This document shows, one piece after another, positions 12,670 to 28,300 of a stretch of 64,000 nucleotides of DNA. The notes under the pieces were generated by a model. The model had not been told where the DNA came from and did no database searches. It was given only the letters and a program-made list of their open reading frames with translations. The stretch is from the human T2T-CHM13v2.0 reference genome, Homo sapiens. Every line of letters starts with the position of its first letter. The stretch's first letter is position 1. The position numbers and the translations under genes are program-made. Location of the stretch: NCBI RefSeq assembly GCF_009914755.1, contig NC_060940.1; one strand, 5' to 3'.

Positions 12670-15600
12670 TTCGATTCCATTCGCTGATGTTTCCGTTCAA
12701 TTCCATTCGATGATGATTCCATTCGATTCCATTCATTGAGGATTCCATTTGATTCCATTCAATGATGATTCCATTCTATTCCATTCAATGATTGCATTCA
12801 ATTCCATTCAATGATTATGCCATTAGAGTAAATTCAACGATTCCATTCAATACCATTCGATGATGATTCCTTTTGAGTCCATTCAATGATTTCATTCAAG
12901 TCCATTTGATGATTCCTTTCAATTCCATTCCATGATGATTCCATTCGAGTCCATTCGATGATTCCATTCGATTGCATTCGATGATTCCATTATATTCCAT
13001 TCAACGATGATTCCATTCGAGTCCATTCGATGATTCCATTAGAGTACATTTAATGATTGCTTTGTTTTCAATTCGAAGATGATTACATTGGATTCCATTC
13101 TATGATTCCATTCGATTCCATTCATTGATGATTCCACCCAATTCCATTCGATGATGATTCCATTCGATTTCATTCAATGATTCTACTCGATTCCATTCAA
13201 TGATGATTCAATTCTATTCCGTTTGATGATTCCATTAGATTCCATTCTATGATGATTCCATTCGAGTCCATTCGAAGATTTCATTCGATTACATTCCATG
13301 ACGATTCCATTCGAGTCCATTCGATGATTCCATTTGAATCCATTCGACGATGATTCCATTTGATGCTATTCGATGATTCCATTGGATTCCATTCGATGAT
13401 GATTCCATTCGACTTGATTTGATGTTTCTATTTGAGTCCATTCGGTTATTTTATTAGACTACATTCGATGATGATTCCATTCGATGCCATTCAATGATTC
13501 CATTTGATTCCACTCAATGATGATTGCATTCGTGTCCATTCGATGATTCCATTTGGTTCCATTTGATGATGATTCCATTCGAGTCCATTCGATGATACCA
13601 TTCAATTCCATTCGATGATCATTCCATTCGAATCCATTTGATGATTCCACTCAATTCCATTTGATGACTCCTTTCATTCCCATTCGATGATTCCCTTCAG
13701 TTCCAATTGGATGATCTTTCCATTTGATTCAATATGGTGACTCCATTCTATTATATTCAATGATGATTCCATTCGACTCCATTAGATGATGACTCCATTC
13801 CATTCCATTCGATTGTGATTTCATTCGATTCCATTCGAAGATGATTCCATTCGAGTCCATTTGATGATTCCATTCGATTCCATTCAATGATGATTCCACT
13901 CAAATCCATTGGATGATTCCATTCGTTTCCAATTGGTGATTTCATTAGATTCCATTCGAGGATGATTCTATTCGAGTCCATTCAATGATTCCATTGGATT
14001 CCGTTTGATAATGATTCCATTAGAGTTCATTCGATGATTCCCTTCGAGTCCATTCGATTATTTCTTTTGATTCCATTTGATGATGATTCCATTCGATTCC
14101 ATTCAATGATTCCATTCCATTCCATTCGATGATGATTCCATTCGATAATGATTACATTCGAGCCCATGTGATGATTCCATTAGATTCTATTCAATGATGA
14201 TTCCATTCGACCACATTCGATGATGGCATTCGAGTCCATTCGATGATTTCACTCGATTCCACTTGATGATGATTCCTTTTGAGTCCATTTGATGATTACA
14301 TTCGAGTCCATGAGATGACTCCATTCGATTCCATTTCATGATGATGCAATTCGAGGCTATTCGATCATCCCACTTTAGTGCATTCGGTGATTCTCTTTTA
14401 TTACATTCGATGAGGGCTCCATTCGAGTCCATTCAATGATTCCATTAGATTCCACTCGATGATGATTCCATTTGAGTCCATTCAAAGATTCCTTTCGAGT
14501 CCATTCGATAATTCTATTGGATTCCACTAGGTGATGATTCCTTTCGAGTCAATTCGATGATTCCTTTCAAGTGCCTTCAATGATTCCATTCGATTCCATT
14601 CGATGACGATTCATTTCAAGTCCATTCAATGGTTCCATTCTGTTGAATTTGATGGTTCCATTTGATTCCATTCGATGATGATTCCATTCGTGTCCATTGG
14701 ATGATTCCATTCGATTCCTTTCGAGGAAGATTCCATTCGACTCCATTCGATGATTCCGTTCGATTCCATTCCATGATGATTCCATTTGATTCCATTCCAT
14801 GATTCCATTCGATACCATTCGATGATGATTCCATTCGACTCCATTTGATGAATCCATTCAATGCTTCCATTCGAGTCCATTCGATGATTCCATTCGATTC
14901 CATTCCATGAAGATTCCATTCGAGTACATTTGATGATTCCATTTAATTCCATAGGATGATGATTCTATTAGGGTCCGTTGACTATTCCATTCAATTCCAT
15001 TCGAAGATTCCATTCGAGTCCACTCGATGATTCTATTTGATTCCATTTGATAATTCCATTCGATTCCATTTGATGTTGATTCCATTCGAGTCCATTCGAT
15101 CATTATTACATTTGATTCTATTCGATGATTCCATTCGATTCCATTTGATGAGGATTCCATTCGAGACCATTTGATGATTCCATTCAATTCCATTGGATGA
15201 TTCCAATATTTTCCATTAGATGATGATTCCATTCGATTCCATTCAATGATGATTCCATCAGAATCCATTCGATGATGACTCCTTTTGCTTCCATTCAATG
15301 ATCATTACATTCGGTTCCATTCGATGATGATTCCTTTGGATTCCATTCGATGATGCTTCCATTCGATTCCATTTGATGATGATTCTTTTCGATTCCATTT
15401 GATGATGATTCCATTTGATTCCATTCGATGGTGATTCCATTTGATGATTCCATTCGATTGTATTCGATGATGATTCCACTCGATTCTATTTGATGATGAC
15501 TGCATTCGATTCCATTTGATGATTCCATTTGATTCCATTCGATGATGATTCTGATCAATTGCATTCGATGATCCATTCGATTCCATTTGATGGTTCCATT

Positions 15601-18600
15601 TGATTCCATTTGATAATGATTCCTTTCGAGTCCATTCGATGATTCCATTTGCGGATATTCGATAATTCCATTTGAGTCCAACCGATGATTCCATTCGAGG
15701 CCATTCAATCATTCTTTTTGAGTCCTTTCGATAAAGATTCCATTTTAGTCCATTCAATAATTCCACTGGAGTCCATTCGATGATTGCTTTTAATTCCATT
15801 CGATGATATTCCATTCGAGTCCATTCGATGATTCCATTCGTTGCTATTAGATGATGATTCCATTCATGACCATTTGGTGATTCCATTCGATTTCATTCGT
15901 TGATGATTCCATTCGAGTCCATTCCATGATTCCATTCAAGTCCATTTGATGATTTCTTTGAATTCAATTCGATGATGATTCCATTCGAGTCCATTCGATG
16001 ATTCCATTCAGTTCCATTCGATGATGATTCCTTTCGAGACCATATGATGATTCCATTTGATTTCATTCGATGATGATTCCATTCGATTCCATTCGATGAT
16101 TCCATTCTATTCCATTCGATGATGATTCCATTCGAGTCCATTTAATGATTCCATTGGGTTCAATTCAATGATGATTACATTGGATTCTCTTCTATGATAC
16201 CATTCAATTCCGTTCATTGACAATTTGATTCCATTCGATGATGATTCCATTTGAGTTCATTCGATGATTCTATTCGATTCTCTTCGATGGTGATTCAATT
16301 CTATTATATTGGATGATTCCATTCGATTCCATTTGATGTTGATTCAATTCGATTCTATTCGATGATGATTCCATTGGATTTCATTTGATGATTCTATTCG
16401 ATTCCATTCAATGATGATTCACTTCTCGTCCATTGGATGATTCCATTTCATTCCATTCGATGATGATTCCATTCGATTCCATTCGATGATTCCATTTGAT
16501 TCCATGCGACGGTGAGCAATTCGATTCAATTCCATGATGATTCTATTTGATTCAGTTAGATGATGTTTCCATTCGAATCCATTCCATGATTATTCCATTG
16601 GAATCCATTCGGCGATGATTCCATATGAGTCAATTCAATGATGCTTCCATATGGGTCAGTTCGATGATAATTCCATTTGATTTCATTCGATGCTTCTATT
16701 CAATTCCAGTCGATGATGATTCCGTTGGAGTCCATACGATGACTCCATTTGATTTCATTTGATGATGATTCCATTCGATTCCATTCGATGACTCCATTCT
16801 GTTCCATTCGATGATGATTCCATTCGAGTCCATTCGATGATTCCATTCGAGTCCATTTCATGATTCCATTGGGTTCAATTCGATGATGATTACACTGGAT
16901 TCCATTCTATGATTCCATTCAATTCCATTCGTTGATGATTCGATTCCATTCAATGATGATTCCATTTGAGTTCATTCGATGATTCTATTCGATTCCGTTC
17001 GATGGTGATTCAATTCTATTATATTGGATGATTCCATTCGATTCCATTTGATGATGATTCCATTCGATTCCATTCGATGATGATTCCATTTGATTCCATT
17101 TGATGTTGATTCTATTCGATTCTATTCAATGATGATTCCATTCGATTTCATTTGATGATTCTATTCGATTCCTTTCGATGATTCTATTCCATTCCATTCG
17201 ATGATGATTCAATTCTCTTCCATTGGATGATTCCATTTTATTCCATTCGACGATGACTCCATTTGATTCCATTCAATGATGATTCCATTCGATTCCATTC
17301 GGTGATTCCATTTGATTCCATTCGACGGTGAGCAATTTGATTCAATTCCATAATGATTCTATTTGATTCAATTAGATGATGTTTCCATTCGAATCCATTC
17401 GGTGATGATTCCATTGGTATCCATTCGACGATGATTCCATATGAGTCAATTCGATGATGATTCCATACGAGTCCGTTGGATGATAATTCCATTTGATTTC
17501 ATTCAATCCTTCTATTCGATTCCATTTGATGATGATTCCATCTGAATCCATTCTCCGATTCCATTCGATTTCATTCGATGCTTCTATTTGATTTCATTCG
17601 AAGATGATTCCTTTCAATTCCGTTCATTAATTCCATTTGATTCCATTCGATGATGATTCCATCCGATTCCATTGGATGATGATTCCATTCGAGTCCATTC
17701 GATGATTCCGTTCTAATCCATTCTATGATTCCATTCGAGTCCATTCGATGATTCCATTCAATTCCATTCAGTGATGATTCCATTTGATTCCATCTGATGA
17801 TGATTTCATTTGATTCCATTCGATGATGATTCCATTGGAGTCCATTGAATGATTCAATTCAATTCCATTCCATGTGGATTCCATTCGAATTCATTCGATT
17901 ATTCCATTCAAATCCCTTCGTTGATTCCATCTGATTCCACTTGACGATGATTCCATTCAAGTCCAATCGATGATTCCATTCGGTTCCATTCAATGATTCC
18001 ATTCGAGTCCATTTATGTATTATATTCGTGTCCACTTGATGACTCCATTCAATTCCATTTAATGATGATTCCATTTGATTCCATTTGATGATTCAGTTCG
18101 ATTCCTTACAATGATTCCCTACGATTCCTTTCTATGATGATTCCATTCGATTCCATTCATTGATGATTCCATTCGACTCCATTCAATGATGATTCCTTTC
18201 GATTCCATTTGACGATGTTTCCATTTGAGTCCATTCGATGATGATTCCATTGGTATCCATTCGACGATGATTCCATATGAGTCAATTCGATGATGATTCC
18301 ATACGAGTCCGTTGGATGATAATTCCATTTGATTTCATTCAATCCTTCTATTCGATTCCATTTGATGATGATTCCATCTGAATCCATTCTCCGATTCCAT
18401 TCGATTTCATTCGATGCTTCTATTTGATTTCATTCGAAGATGATTCCTTTCAATTCCATTCATTAATTCCATTTGATTCCATTCGATGATGATTCCATCC
18501 GATTCCATTGGATGATGATTCCACTCGAGTCCATTCGATGATTCCGTTCTAATCCATTCTATGATTCCATTCGAGTCCATTCGATGATTCCATTCGATTC

Positions 18601-21600
18601 CATTCAGTGATGATTCCATTTGATTCCATCTGATGATGATTTCATTTGATTCCATTCGATGATGATTCCATTGGAGTCCATTGAATGATTCAATTCAATT
18701 CCATTCCATGTGGATTCCATTCGAATTCATTCGATTATTCCATTCAAATCCCTTCGTTGATTCCATCTGATTCCACTTGACGATGATTCCATTCAAGTCC
18801 AATCGATGATTCCATTCGGTTCCATTCAATGATTCCATTCGAGTCCATTTATGTATTATATTCGTGTCCACTTGATGACTCACTCCATTCAATTCCATTT
18901 AATGATGATTCCATTTGATTCCATTTGATGATTCAGTTCGATTCCTTACAATGATTCCCTACGATTCCTTTCTATGATGATTCCATTCGATTCCATTCAT
19001 TGATGATTCCATTCGACTCCATTCGATGATGATTCCTTTCGATTCCATTTGACGATGTTTCCATTTGAGTCCATTCGATGATGATTCAATTCAGTTCTGT
19101 TCTATTATGAATCCATTCGATTTCATTCAATGCTTCTATTTGATTCCATTCGACGATGATTCCATCTCTTTCCCTTCGATGTTTCCATTTGATTCCATTC
19201 AGTGATGATTCCATTTGATTCCATCTGATGATGATTTCACTTGATTCATTTCAATGATGATTCCATTCAAGTCCATTCGATGATTCCATTGGAGTCCAAA
19301 CGATCATTCCATTCGATTCCATTCAATGATGATTCCATTCATGTCCATTCAATGAATCCTTTCAATTCCATTCGATGATGACTCCATTCGAGTACATTCG
19401 ATGATTCCATTTGATTCCATTTGATGATGATTACATTCAATTCCATTCGAAGATGATTCCATTCAATTCCACTTGATGATGATTCCGTATGAATCCATTC
19501 GCTGATTATTCCATTCGATTCCATTCATTGACGATTCCATTCGATTCCATTCAATGATGATTCTCTTCTATTCCATTCGATGATTCCGGTCGATTCCATT
19601 CGATGATGATTCCATTAGATTCCATTCGATTGTTGCATTCGATTCCCTTCGATGATGATTCCTTTGAATTCCATTCGATTATGATTCCGTATGAATCCAT
19701 TTGATGATTATTCCATTGGATTCCTTTCGATGATGATTCCATTCGATTCCATTTGATGATGTTTCTCATGTATTCCATTTGATAATTCCTTTCAATTCCC
19801 TTCGATGATGATTCTTTCGAGTCAATTCGATGATTCTATTCCATTCCCTTCGATGATGATTCCATTTCACTCCATTCGATGATTCCATTCGATTCAATTT
19901 GGTGATGATTCAATTCGATGACATTCGATGACTCCATTCAATTTCATTTGATGATGATTACATTCGAGTCCATTTGATGATTGTATTCCTTTCCTTTTGA
20001 TGATTATTCCATTCGTGTCTATTCAAAGATTCCATTCTATTCCATTCAATGATGATTCCAATTGATTCCATTCAATGATTATGGCTATCGATTCCACTCG
20101 TTGATTCCATTTGATTCCATTCGATGATTATTCCGTTAGATTCCATTAGGAGATTCCATTCGATTTTATTCAATGATTCCAATTGATTCCATTCAATGAT
20201 GATTCCATTCGACTCCATTCAGTGATTCCATTTGAGTCCATTTGATGATTCCATTCGAGTCCATTTGATGATTCCATTCTTTTCCATTTGATGATGATTC
20301 CATTAGGGTCCATTCAATGATTCCATTCGAGTCCATTCGTTAATGCCTTTCGAGTCCTTTTGATCACTACATTCGAGTCCATTCAATGATTCTATTCGAT
20401 TCCATTCCATGATGATTCCATTCGAGTTCATTCGATGATTGCATTCGAGTCCATTTGATGATTCCATAAGATTCCATTCGACAATGATTCCATTCGTGTC
20501 CATTTGATGATTCCATTCATTTCCTATCGATGAAGATTCCATTCGAGTGTATTCGATGATTCCATTCAAATCCATTCGATGATGATTCCATTCCAGTCCA
20601 TTCGATCATTCCACTTGATTCCATTTGATGACTATTCCATTCAAATCCATTTGATGATTCCATTCGATTCCATTCGATGTTACCATTCCAGTATATACGA
20701 TGATTCCACTCGATTCCATTTGATGATTATTCCATTGGAGTCGACTTAGTGAATCCTTTAGATTCTACTCGAAGATGATTCCATTCGAGTCCATTCGATG
20801 AAACCATTCAATTCCATTCGTTGATGCTTCCATTCAAGTGCATTCGATGATATCATTCGATTCCATTTGATGATAATTCCATTTGATTCCATGTGATGAT
20901 TCTATTCCATTCCATTCAATGATAATTCCATTCAATTCAGTGATTCCTCTGGACTCCATTTGATGATGATTCCATTCAATGATTCCATTCGATTCTATTC
21001 GAAAATGATTCCATTTGAATCCATTTGATGATGATTCCATTCGATTCCATTTGATGATTCCATTCGATTCCATTCGACGATGATTCCATTCGATTCCATT
21101 TGATGATTCCATTCTATTCTATTCGATGATGATTCCATTCGATTCCATTCGATGATGATTGGATTCGATTCCATTTGATGATTTCATTTGATTCCATTCG
21201 ATGATGATTTCGATCAATTCCATTCGATGATTCCATTCGATTCCATTTGATAATGATTACATCCGAGTCCATTCGATGATTCCATTTGAGCCCGTTCGAT
21301 AATTCCATTTGAGTCCAATCAATGATTCCATTCATTTCCATTCAATGATTCCATTCGAGTCCATTTGATCATTCCGGTAGGGTCCGTTCGATGTTGATTC
21401 CATTGGAGTGCATTCGATGATTCCATTCGAGTCCATTTTAGGATTTGATTCGAGTCCTTTCGATGATTCCATTCGATTCCACTCTATGCGTTGATGATTT
21501 CATTCGAGTCCATTCGACACTTCCAATCGATTCCATTTGATGTTTCCATTCGAGTCCAATTGATGATTCCATTCAATTCCATTCGATGATGATTCCGTAC

Positions 21601-24600
21601 GATTCCCTTCTGTGATGATTTCATGTGATTGCATTCAATGATGATTCCTTTCGATTGCATTCGATTATGATTCATTTCGTGTTCATTCTATGGTTCCACA
21701 GGTTTCACATCGTGTCCATTCCATTATTCCATTCTATTCCATTTGATGATGATTCCATTCGATTCCATTCATTGGTGATTCCACTCAATTCCATTCAATG
21801 ATTCCATTCCATTTCTTTCAAAAATGATTCCATTAGTTTCTAATCGATGATCCACTTGATTCCATTTGACGATGATTCCATTCTTGTCCATTCGATGATT
21901 CCATTTGATTCCATATGATGATGATTCCATTCGATTCCATACGATGATGATTCCATTCGAGTCCATTCAATGGTGATTCCATTCAATTCCATTCGATGAT
22001 TCCTTTCGATTCCATTTGATGATGATGGCATTCGATTCCTTTCAATCATTCCCTTTGATTCCACTCAAAGGTGATTTCATTCAAGTCCATTCGATAATTG
22101 CATTCGATTCCATTCTATGATGATTCCATTCGAGTCCATTTGATGATTCCATTCAATTCAAGTCAATGATGATTCCATTCGATTCCATTCGATGATTCCA
22201 TTGGATTCCATTCGATGATGATTCCATTCAAATCCATTCGATAATTCAATTCACGTCCATTCGATGATGATTCCAATCGAATCCATTCAAAGATTCCATT
22301 CAATTCCATTCGATGATTCCCTTAGATTCCATTCGATGATTCCACTTGATTCCATTTACGATGATTCCATTCGATTCCATGTGATGATTCCATTCAATTC
22401 TATTCAATGATGTTTCCATTTGATTCCATTCGACCATGATTGCCTTTGATTCCATTCAATGATTCCATTCGGTTCCGTTTGATGATGATTCCGTTCGATT
22501 CCATTTGATGATTCCATTTGATTCCATTGGATGAGTCCATTCGATTACATTCGATGATTATTCCATTCGAGTGCATTAGATGATTCCATTCGAGTCCATT
22601 CGATGATTCCATTCGAGTCCATTCGATGATTCCATTCGATTCCATTCGATGTTGATTCTGTTCAAATCCATTCGATGATTCCACTCGATTCCATTCGATG
22701 ACTCCATTTGATCCCATTCGATGATTTCCTTTGATTCCCTTTGATGATCATTCCATTTGATTCAATTCGGTGATTTCATTTGATTCCATTCAGTGATGTT
22801 TCCATTCGACTCCATTCGATGATGATTCCATTCGACTCCATTCGATTATGATTTCATTCAATTCCATTCGATAAAGATTCCCTTCGAGTCCAATCGATGA
22901 TTCCATTCGATTCCATTCAACGATGATTTGATTCGTGTCCATTCGATGATTCCATTTGATTCCACTTGATGATGATTCCATTCGAGTCCATTTGATGATT
23001 CCATTCAATTCCATTCTCCGATGATTTCTTTTGAGCCCATTCAATGCTTCCACTCGATTACATATGATGATGACTCCATTCGATGAAACTCGATGATGAT
23101 TCCATTCGCTTGCATTCGATGATGGTTCCACTTGAGTCCGTTAGAAGTTTCTATTCAATTACATTCCATGACGATTCCGTTCGAGTCCATTTGATGATTC
23201 CATTACACTCCATTCGACAATGATTCCATTCAATGTTATTCGATGATTCCATTCGATCTCATTCGATGATGATTCCATTCAACTCCATTCGATGTTTCCA
23301 TTCGAGTTCATTCTATTATTCCATTAGATTCCATTCGATGATGATTCCATTCGATTCCATTTGATGATTGCATTCTATTTCATTTGATGATGATTCCATT
23401 CGAGTCCATTCGATGATTCCATTCGAGTCCATTTAATGAATCCATTGGTTTCAATTCTATGATGATTATATTGGATTCCATTCGTTGATGATTTCATTCG
23501 ATTCCATTCAATGATGATTCCATTCAATTCCATTCAATGATTCCATTCAATTCCATACGATGATGATTCCATTTGATTTGATTCGACAGTGAGCCATTCG
23601 ATTCAATTCCATGATGATTCTATTTGATTCACTTGGTTGACATTTCCATTCGGTTCCATTCGATGATGATTCCATTTGATTCCATTCAAAGATGATTCCA
23701 TTCTAGCCCATTCAATCATTCCATTCGATTCTATTCAATGATGATTCCATTCATGTCGATTTGGTGATTCCATTTGACTTCATTTGATGATGATTCCTTT
23801 CAAGTTCATTAGATGATTCCATTCGATTCCATTTGATGATGATCCCATTCGAGTCCATTCAGTGATTCCACTCGTTTCCATTCCATGATGATTCCATTCC
23901 ATTCCATTCAATGATTCCATTCGATTCCGTTTGATGATGATTTCGAGTCCATTTGATGATTCCATTTGATTCCATTCGATGATGATTCCATTCGAGTCCA
24001 TTCGATGATTCTATTCGAATCCATTTGATGATTTCTTTTGATTATATTTGGTGATGATTCCATTGGAGTCCATTCAATGATTCCATTCGATTCCAATCGA
24101 TGGTGGTTCCATTAGAGTCCATTTAATGATTCCATTTGATTCCAGTCTCTGATGTTTACATTCGAGTCCATACGATGATTCCACTCAATTCCATATGATG
24201 ATGATTCCATTCGATTCCATTCGATGATTCCATTCTATTCTATTCAATGGTGATTCCATTCGAGTACATTAGATGATTCCATTCGATTCCATTCAATGAT
24301 GATTCTACTTGTGTCCGTTAGATGATTCCACATGATTCCATTAGATGATGATACTATTTGAGCCCATCCAATGATTCCCTTCGATTCCATTCGATGAGGA
24401 TTCCATTCGATTCAATTCATTGGTGATTCTATTCAATTCAATTCTTTGATTCAATTCCATTCCATTCGACAATGATTCCATTCGATTTCTTTCGATGATT
24501 CCACTCAATTTCACTTGACATTGATTCCATTCGATTCCATTCAATGATTCCATTTGATTCCAGTGGATGATGATTGCCGTCGATTCCATTCGATCACTCC

Positions 24601-25334
24601 ATTCTGTTCCATTTGATGATGATTACATTCGATTCCATTTGATGATTCCATCTGATTCTATTCGAGGATTCCATTTGATTCCATTCGATGATGATTCCAT
24701 TCGAGTCCATTCGATGATTTCATTCGAGTACATCCAATGATTCCATTCGAGTCCATTTGATGATTCCATTTCATTCCATTTGATTATGATTCTACTAGAG
24801 TCCATTCAATGACTGCATTCGAGTCCATTCAACAGTTCCATCCGAGTCCATTCGGTGATTCCATTCGTTTCCATTTGATGATTCCATTCGAGTCCATTTA
24901 ATCATTACAGTCGAGTCCATTTGGTGATTCCACTGGATTTCTTTTGATAATGATACCATTCAATTACATTTGATGATGATCCCATTCAATTTCATTTGAT
25001 GATGATTCCATTAGAGTCCATTCCATGATTTCATTCGAGTCCCTTCATTGATTCCATCCGATTTCATTTCATGATGACTCCATTCGAGTCCATTCGATGA
25101 TTCCACTCGATTCCTTTAGATGATTCCATTGGAGTCCATTTGATTGTTCCATTCGATTCCATTCGATTCCTTTCGAAGATTATTCCATTTGAGTCCATTC
25201 GATGATGATTCCATTCCATTCCATTCGATGATTCCGTTTGATTCCATTCGATGATTCCCTGTGATTCCTTTCTATGATGATTCCATTCCATTCCATTCAA
25301 TGATTCCATTCGAATCTATTCCATGATGATTCCT
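12670..25334 (+). repeat. HOR copy 2 (12,665 bp)
   Basis: Near-identical to copy 1. It has a private 4-bp deletion at ~23,941 (gatgatttcgagtcc versus gatgatttcattcgagtcc), which shifts the ORF offset from 12,669 to 12,665. Confidence 0.96.
17412..19087 (+). repeat. 836/840-bp tandem duplication inside HOR copy 2
   Basis: ORF pairs 17571/18407 and 17859/18695 at offset 836. Confidence 0.92.
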
Positions 25335-28300
25335 TTCGATTCCATTCGCTGATGTTTCCGTTCAATTCCATTCGATGATGATTCCATTCGATTCCATTCA
25401 TTGAGGATTCCATTGGATTCCATTCAATGATGATTCCATTCTATTCCATTCAATGATTGCATTCAATTCCATTCAATGATTATGCCATTAGAGTAAATTC
25501 AACGATTCCATTCAATACCATTCGATGATGATTCCTTTTGAGTCCATTCAATGATTTCATTCAAGTCCATTTGATGATTCCTTTCAATTCCATTCCATGA
25601 TGATTCCATTCGAGTCCATTCGATGATTCCATTCGATTGCATTCGATGATTCCATTATATTCCATTCAACGATGATTCCATTCGAGTCCATTCGATGATT
25701 CCATTAGAGTACATTTAATGATTGCTTTGTTTTCAATTCGAAGATGATTACATTGGATTCCATTCTATGATTCCATTCGATTCCATTCATTGATGATTCC
25801 ACCCAATTCCATTCGATGATGATTCCATTCGATTTCATTCAATGATTCTACTCGATTCCATTCAATGATGATTCAATTCTATTCCGTTTGATGATTCCAT
25901 TAGATTCCATTCTATGATGATTCCATTCGAGTCCATTCGAAGATTTCATTCGATTACATTCCATGACGATTCCATTCGAGTCCATTCGATGATTCCATTT
26001 GAATCCATTCGACGATGATTCCATTTGATGCTATTCGATGATTCCATTGGATTCCATTCGATGATGATTCCATTCGACTTGATTTGATGTTTCTATTTGA
26101 GTCCATTCGGTTATTTTATTAGACTACATTCGATGATGATTCCATTCGATGCCATTCAATGATTCCATTTGATTCCACTCAATGATGATTGCATTCGTGT
26201 CCATTCGATGATTCCATTTGGTTCCATTTGATGATGATTCCATTCGAGTCCATTCGATGATACCATTCAATTCCATTCGATGATCATTCCATTCGAATCC
26301 ATTTGATGATTCCACTCAATTCCATTTGATGACTCCTTTCATTCCCATTCGATGATTCCCTTCAGTTCCAATTGGATGATCTTTCCATTTGATTCAATAT
26401 GGTGACTCCATTCTATTATATTCAATGATGATTCCATTCGACTCCATTAGATGATGACTCCATTCCATTCCATTCGATTGTGATTTCATTCGATTCCATT
26501 CGAAGATGATTCCATTCGAGTCCATTTGATGATTCCATTCGATTCCATTCAATGATGATTCCACTCAAATCCATTGGATGATTCCATTCGTTTCCAATTG
26601 GTGATTTCATTAGATTCCATTCGAGGATGATTCTATTCGAGTCCATTCAATGATTCCATTGGATTCCGTTTGATAATGATTCCATTAGAGTTCATTCGAT
26701 GATTCCCTTCGAGTCCATTCGATTATTTCTTTTGATTCCATTTGATGATGATTCCATTCGATTCCATTCAATGATTCCATTCCATTCCATTCGATGATGA
26801 TTCCATTCGATAATGATTACATTCGAGCCCATGTGATGATTCCATTAGATTCTATTCAATGATGATTCCATTCGACCACATTCGATGATGGCATTCGAGT
26901 CCATTCGATGATTTCACTCGATTCCACTTGATGATGATTCCTTTTGAGTCCATTTGATGATTACATTCGAGTCCATGAGATGACTCCATTCGATTCCATT
27001 TCATGATGATGCAATTCGAGGCTATTCGATCATCCCATTTTAGTGCATTCGGTGATTCTCTTTTATTACATTCGATGAGGGCTCCATTCGAGTCCATTCA
27101 ATGATTCCATTAGATTCCACTCGATGATGATTCCATTTGAGTCCATTCAAAGATTCCTTTCGAGTCCATTCGATAATTCTATTGGATTCCACTAGGTGAT
27201 GATTCCTTTCGAGTCAATTCGATGATTCCTTTCAAGTGCCTTCAATGATTCCATTCGATTCCATTCGATGACGATTCATTTCAAGTCCATTCAATGGTTC
27301 CATTCTGTTGAATTTGATGGTTCCATTTGATTCCATTCGATGATGATTCCATTCGTGTCCATTGGATGATTCCATTCGATTCCTTTCGAGGAAGATTCCA
27401 TTCGACTCCATTCGATGATTCCGTTCGATTCCATTCCATGATGATTCCATTTGATTCCATTCCATGATTCCATTCGATACCATTTGATGATGATTCCATT
27501 CGACTCCATTTGATGAATCCATTCAATGCTTCCATTCGAGTCCATTCGATGATTCCATTCGATTCCATTCCATGAAGATTCCATTCGAGTACATTTGATG
27601 ATTCCATTTAATTCCATAGGATGATGATTCTATTAGGGTCCGTTGACTATTCCATTCAATTCCATTCGAAGATTCCATTCGAGTCCACTCGATGATTCTA
27701 TTTGATTCCATTTGATAATTCCATTCGATTCCATTTGATGTTGATTCCATTCGAGTCCATTCGATCATTATTACATTTGATTCTATTCGATGATTCCATT
27801 CGATTCCATTTGATGAGGATTCCATTCGAGACCATTTGATGATTCCATTCAATTCCATTGGATGATTCCAATATTTTCCATTAGATGATGATTCCATTCG
27901 ATTCCATTCAATGATGATTCCATCAGAATCCATTCGATGATGACTCCTTTTGCTTCCATTCAATGATCATTACATTCGGTTCCATTCGATGATGATTCCT
28001 TTGGATTCCATTCGATGATGCTTCCATTCGATTCCATTTGATGATGATTCTTTTCGATTCCATTTGATGATGATTCCATTTGATTCCATTCGATGGTGAT
28101 TCCATTTGATGATTCCATTCGATTGTATTCGATGATGATTCCACTCGATTCTATTTGATGATGACTGCATTCGATTCCATTTGATGATTCCATTTGATTC
28201 CATTCGATGATGATTCTGATCAATTGCATTCGATGATCCATTCGATTCCATTTGATGGTTCCATTTGATTCCATTTGATAATGATTCCTTTCGAGTCCAT

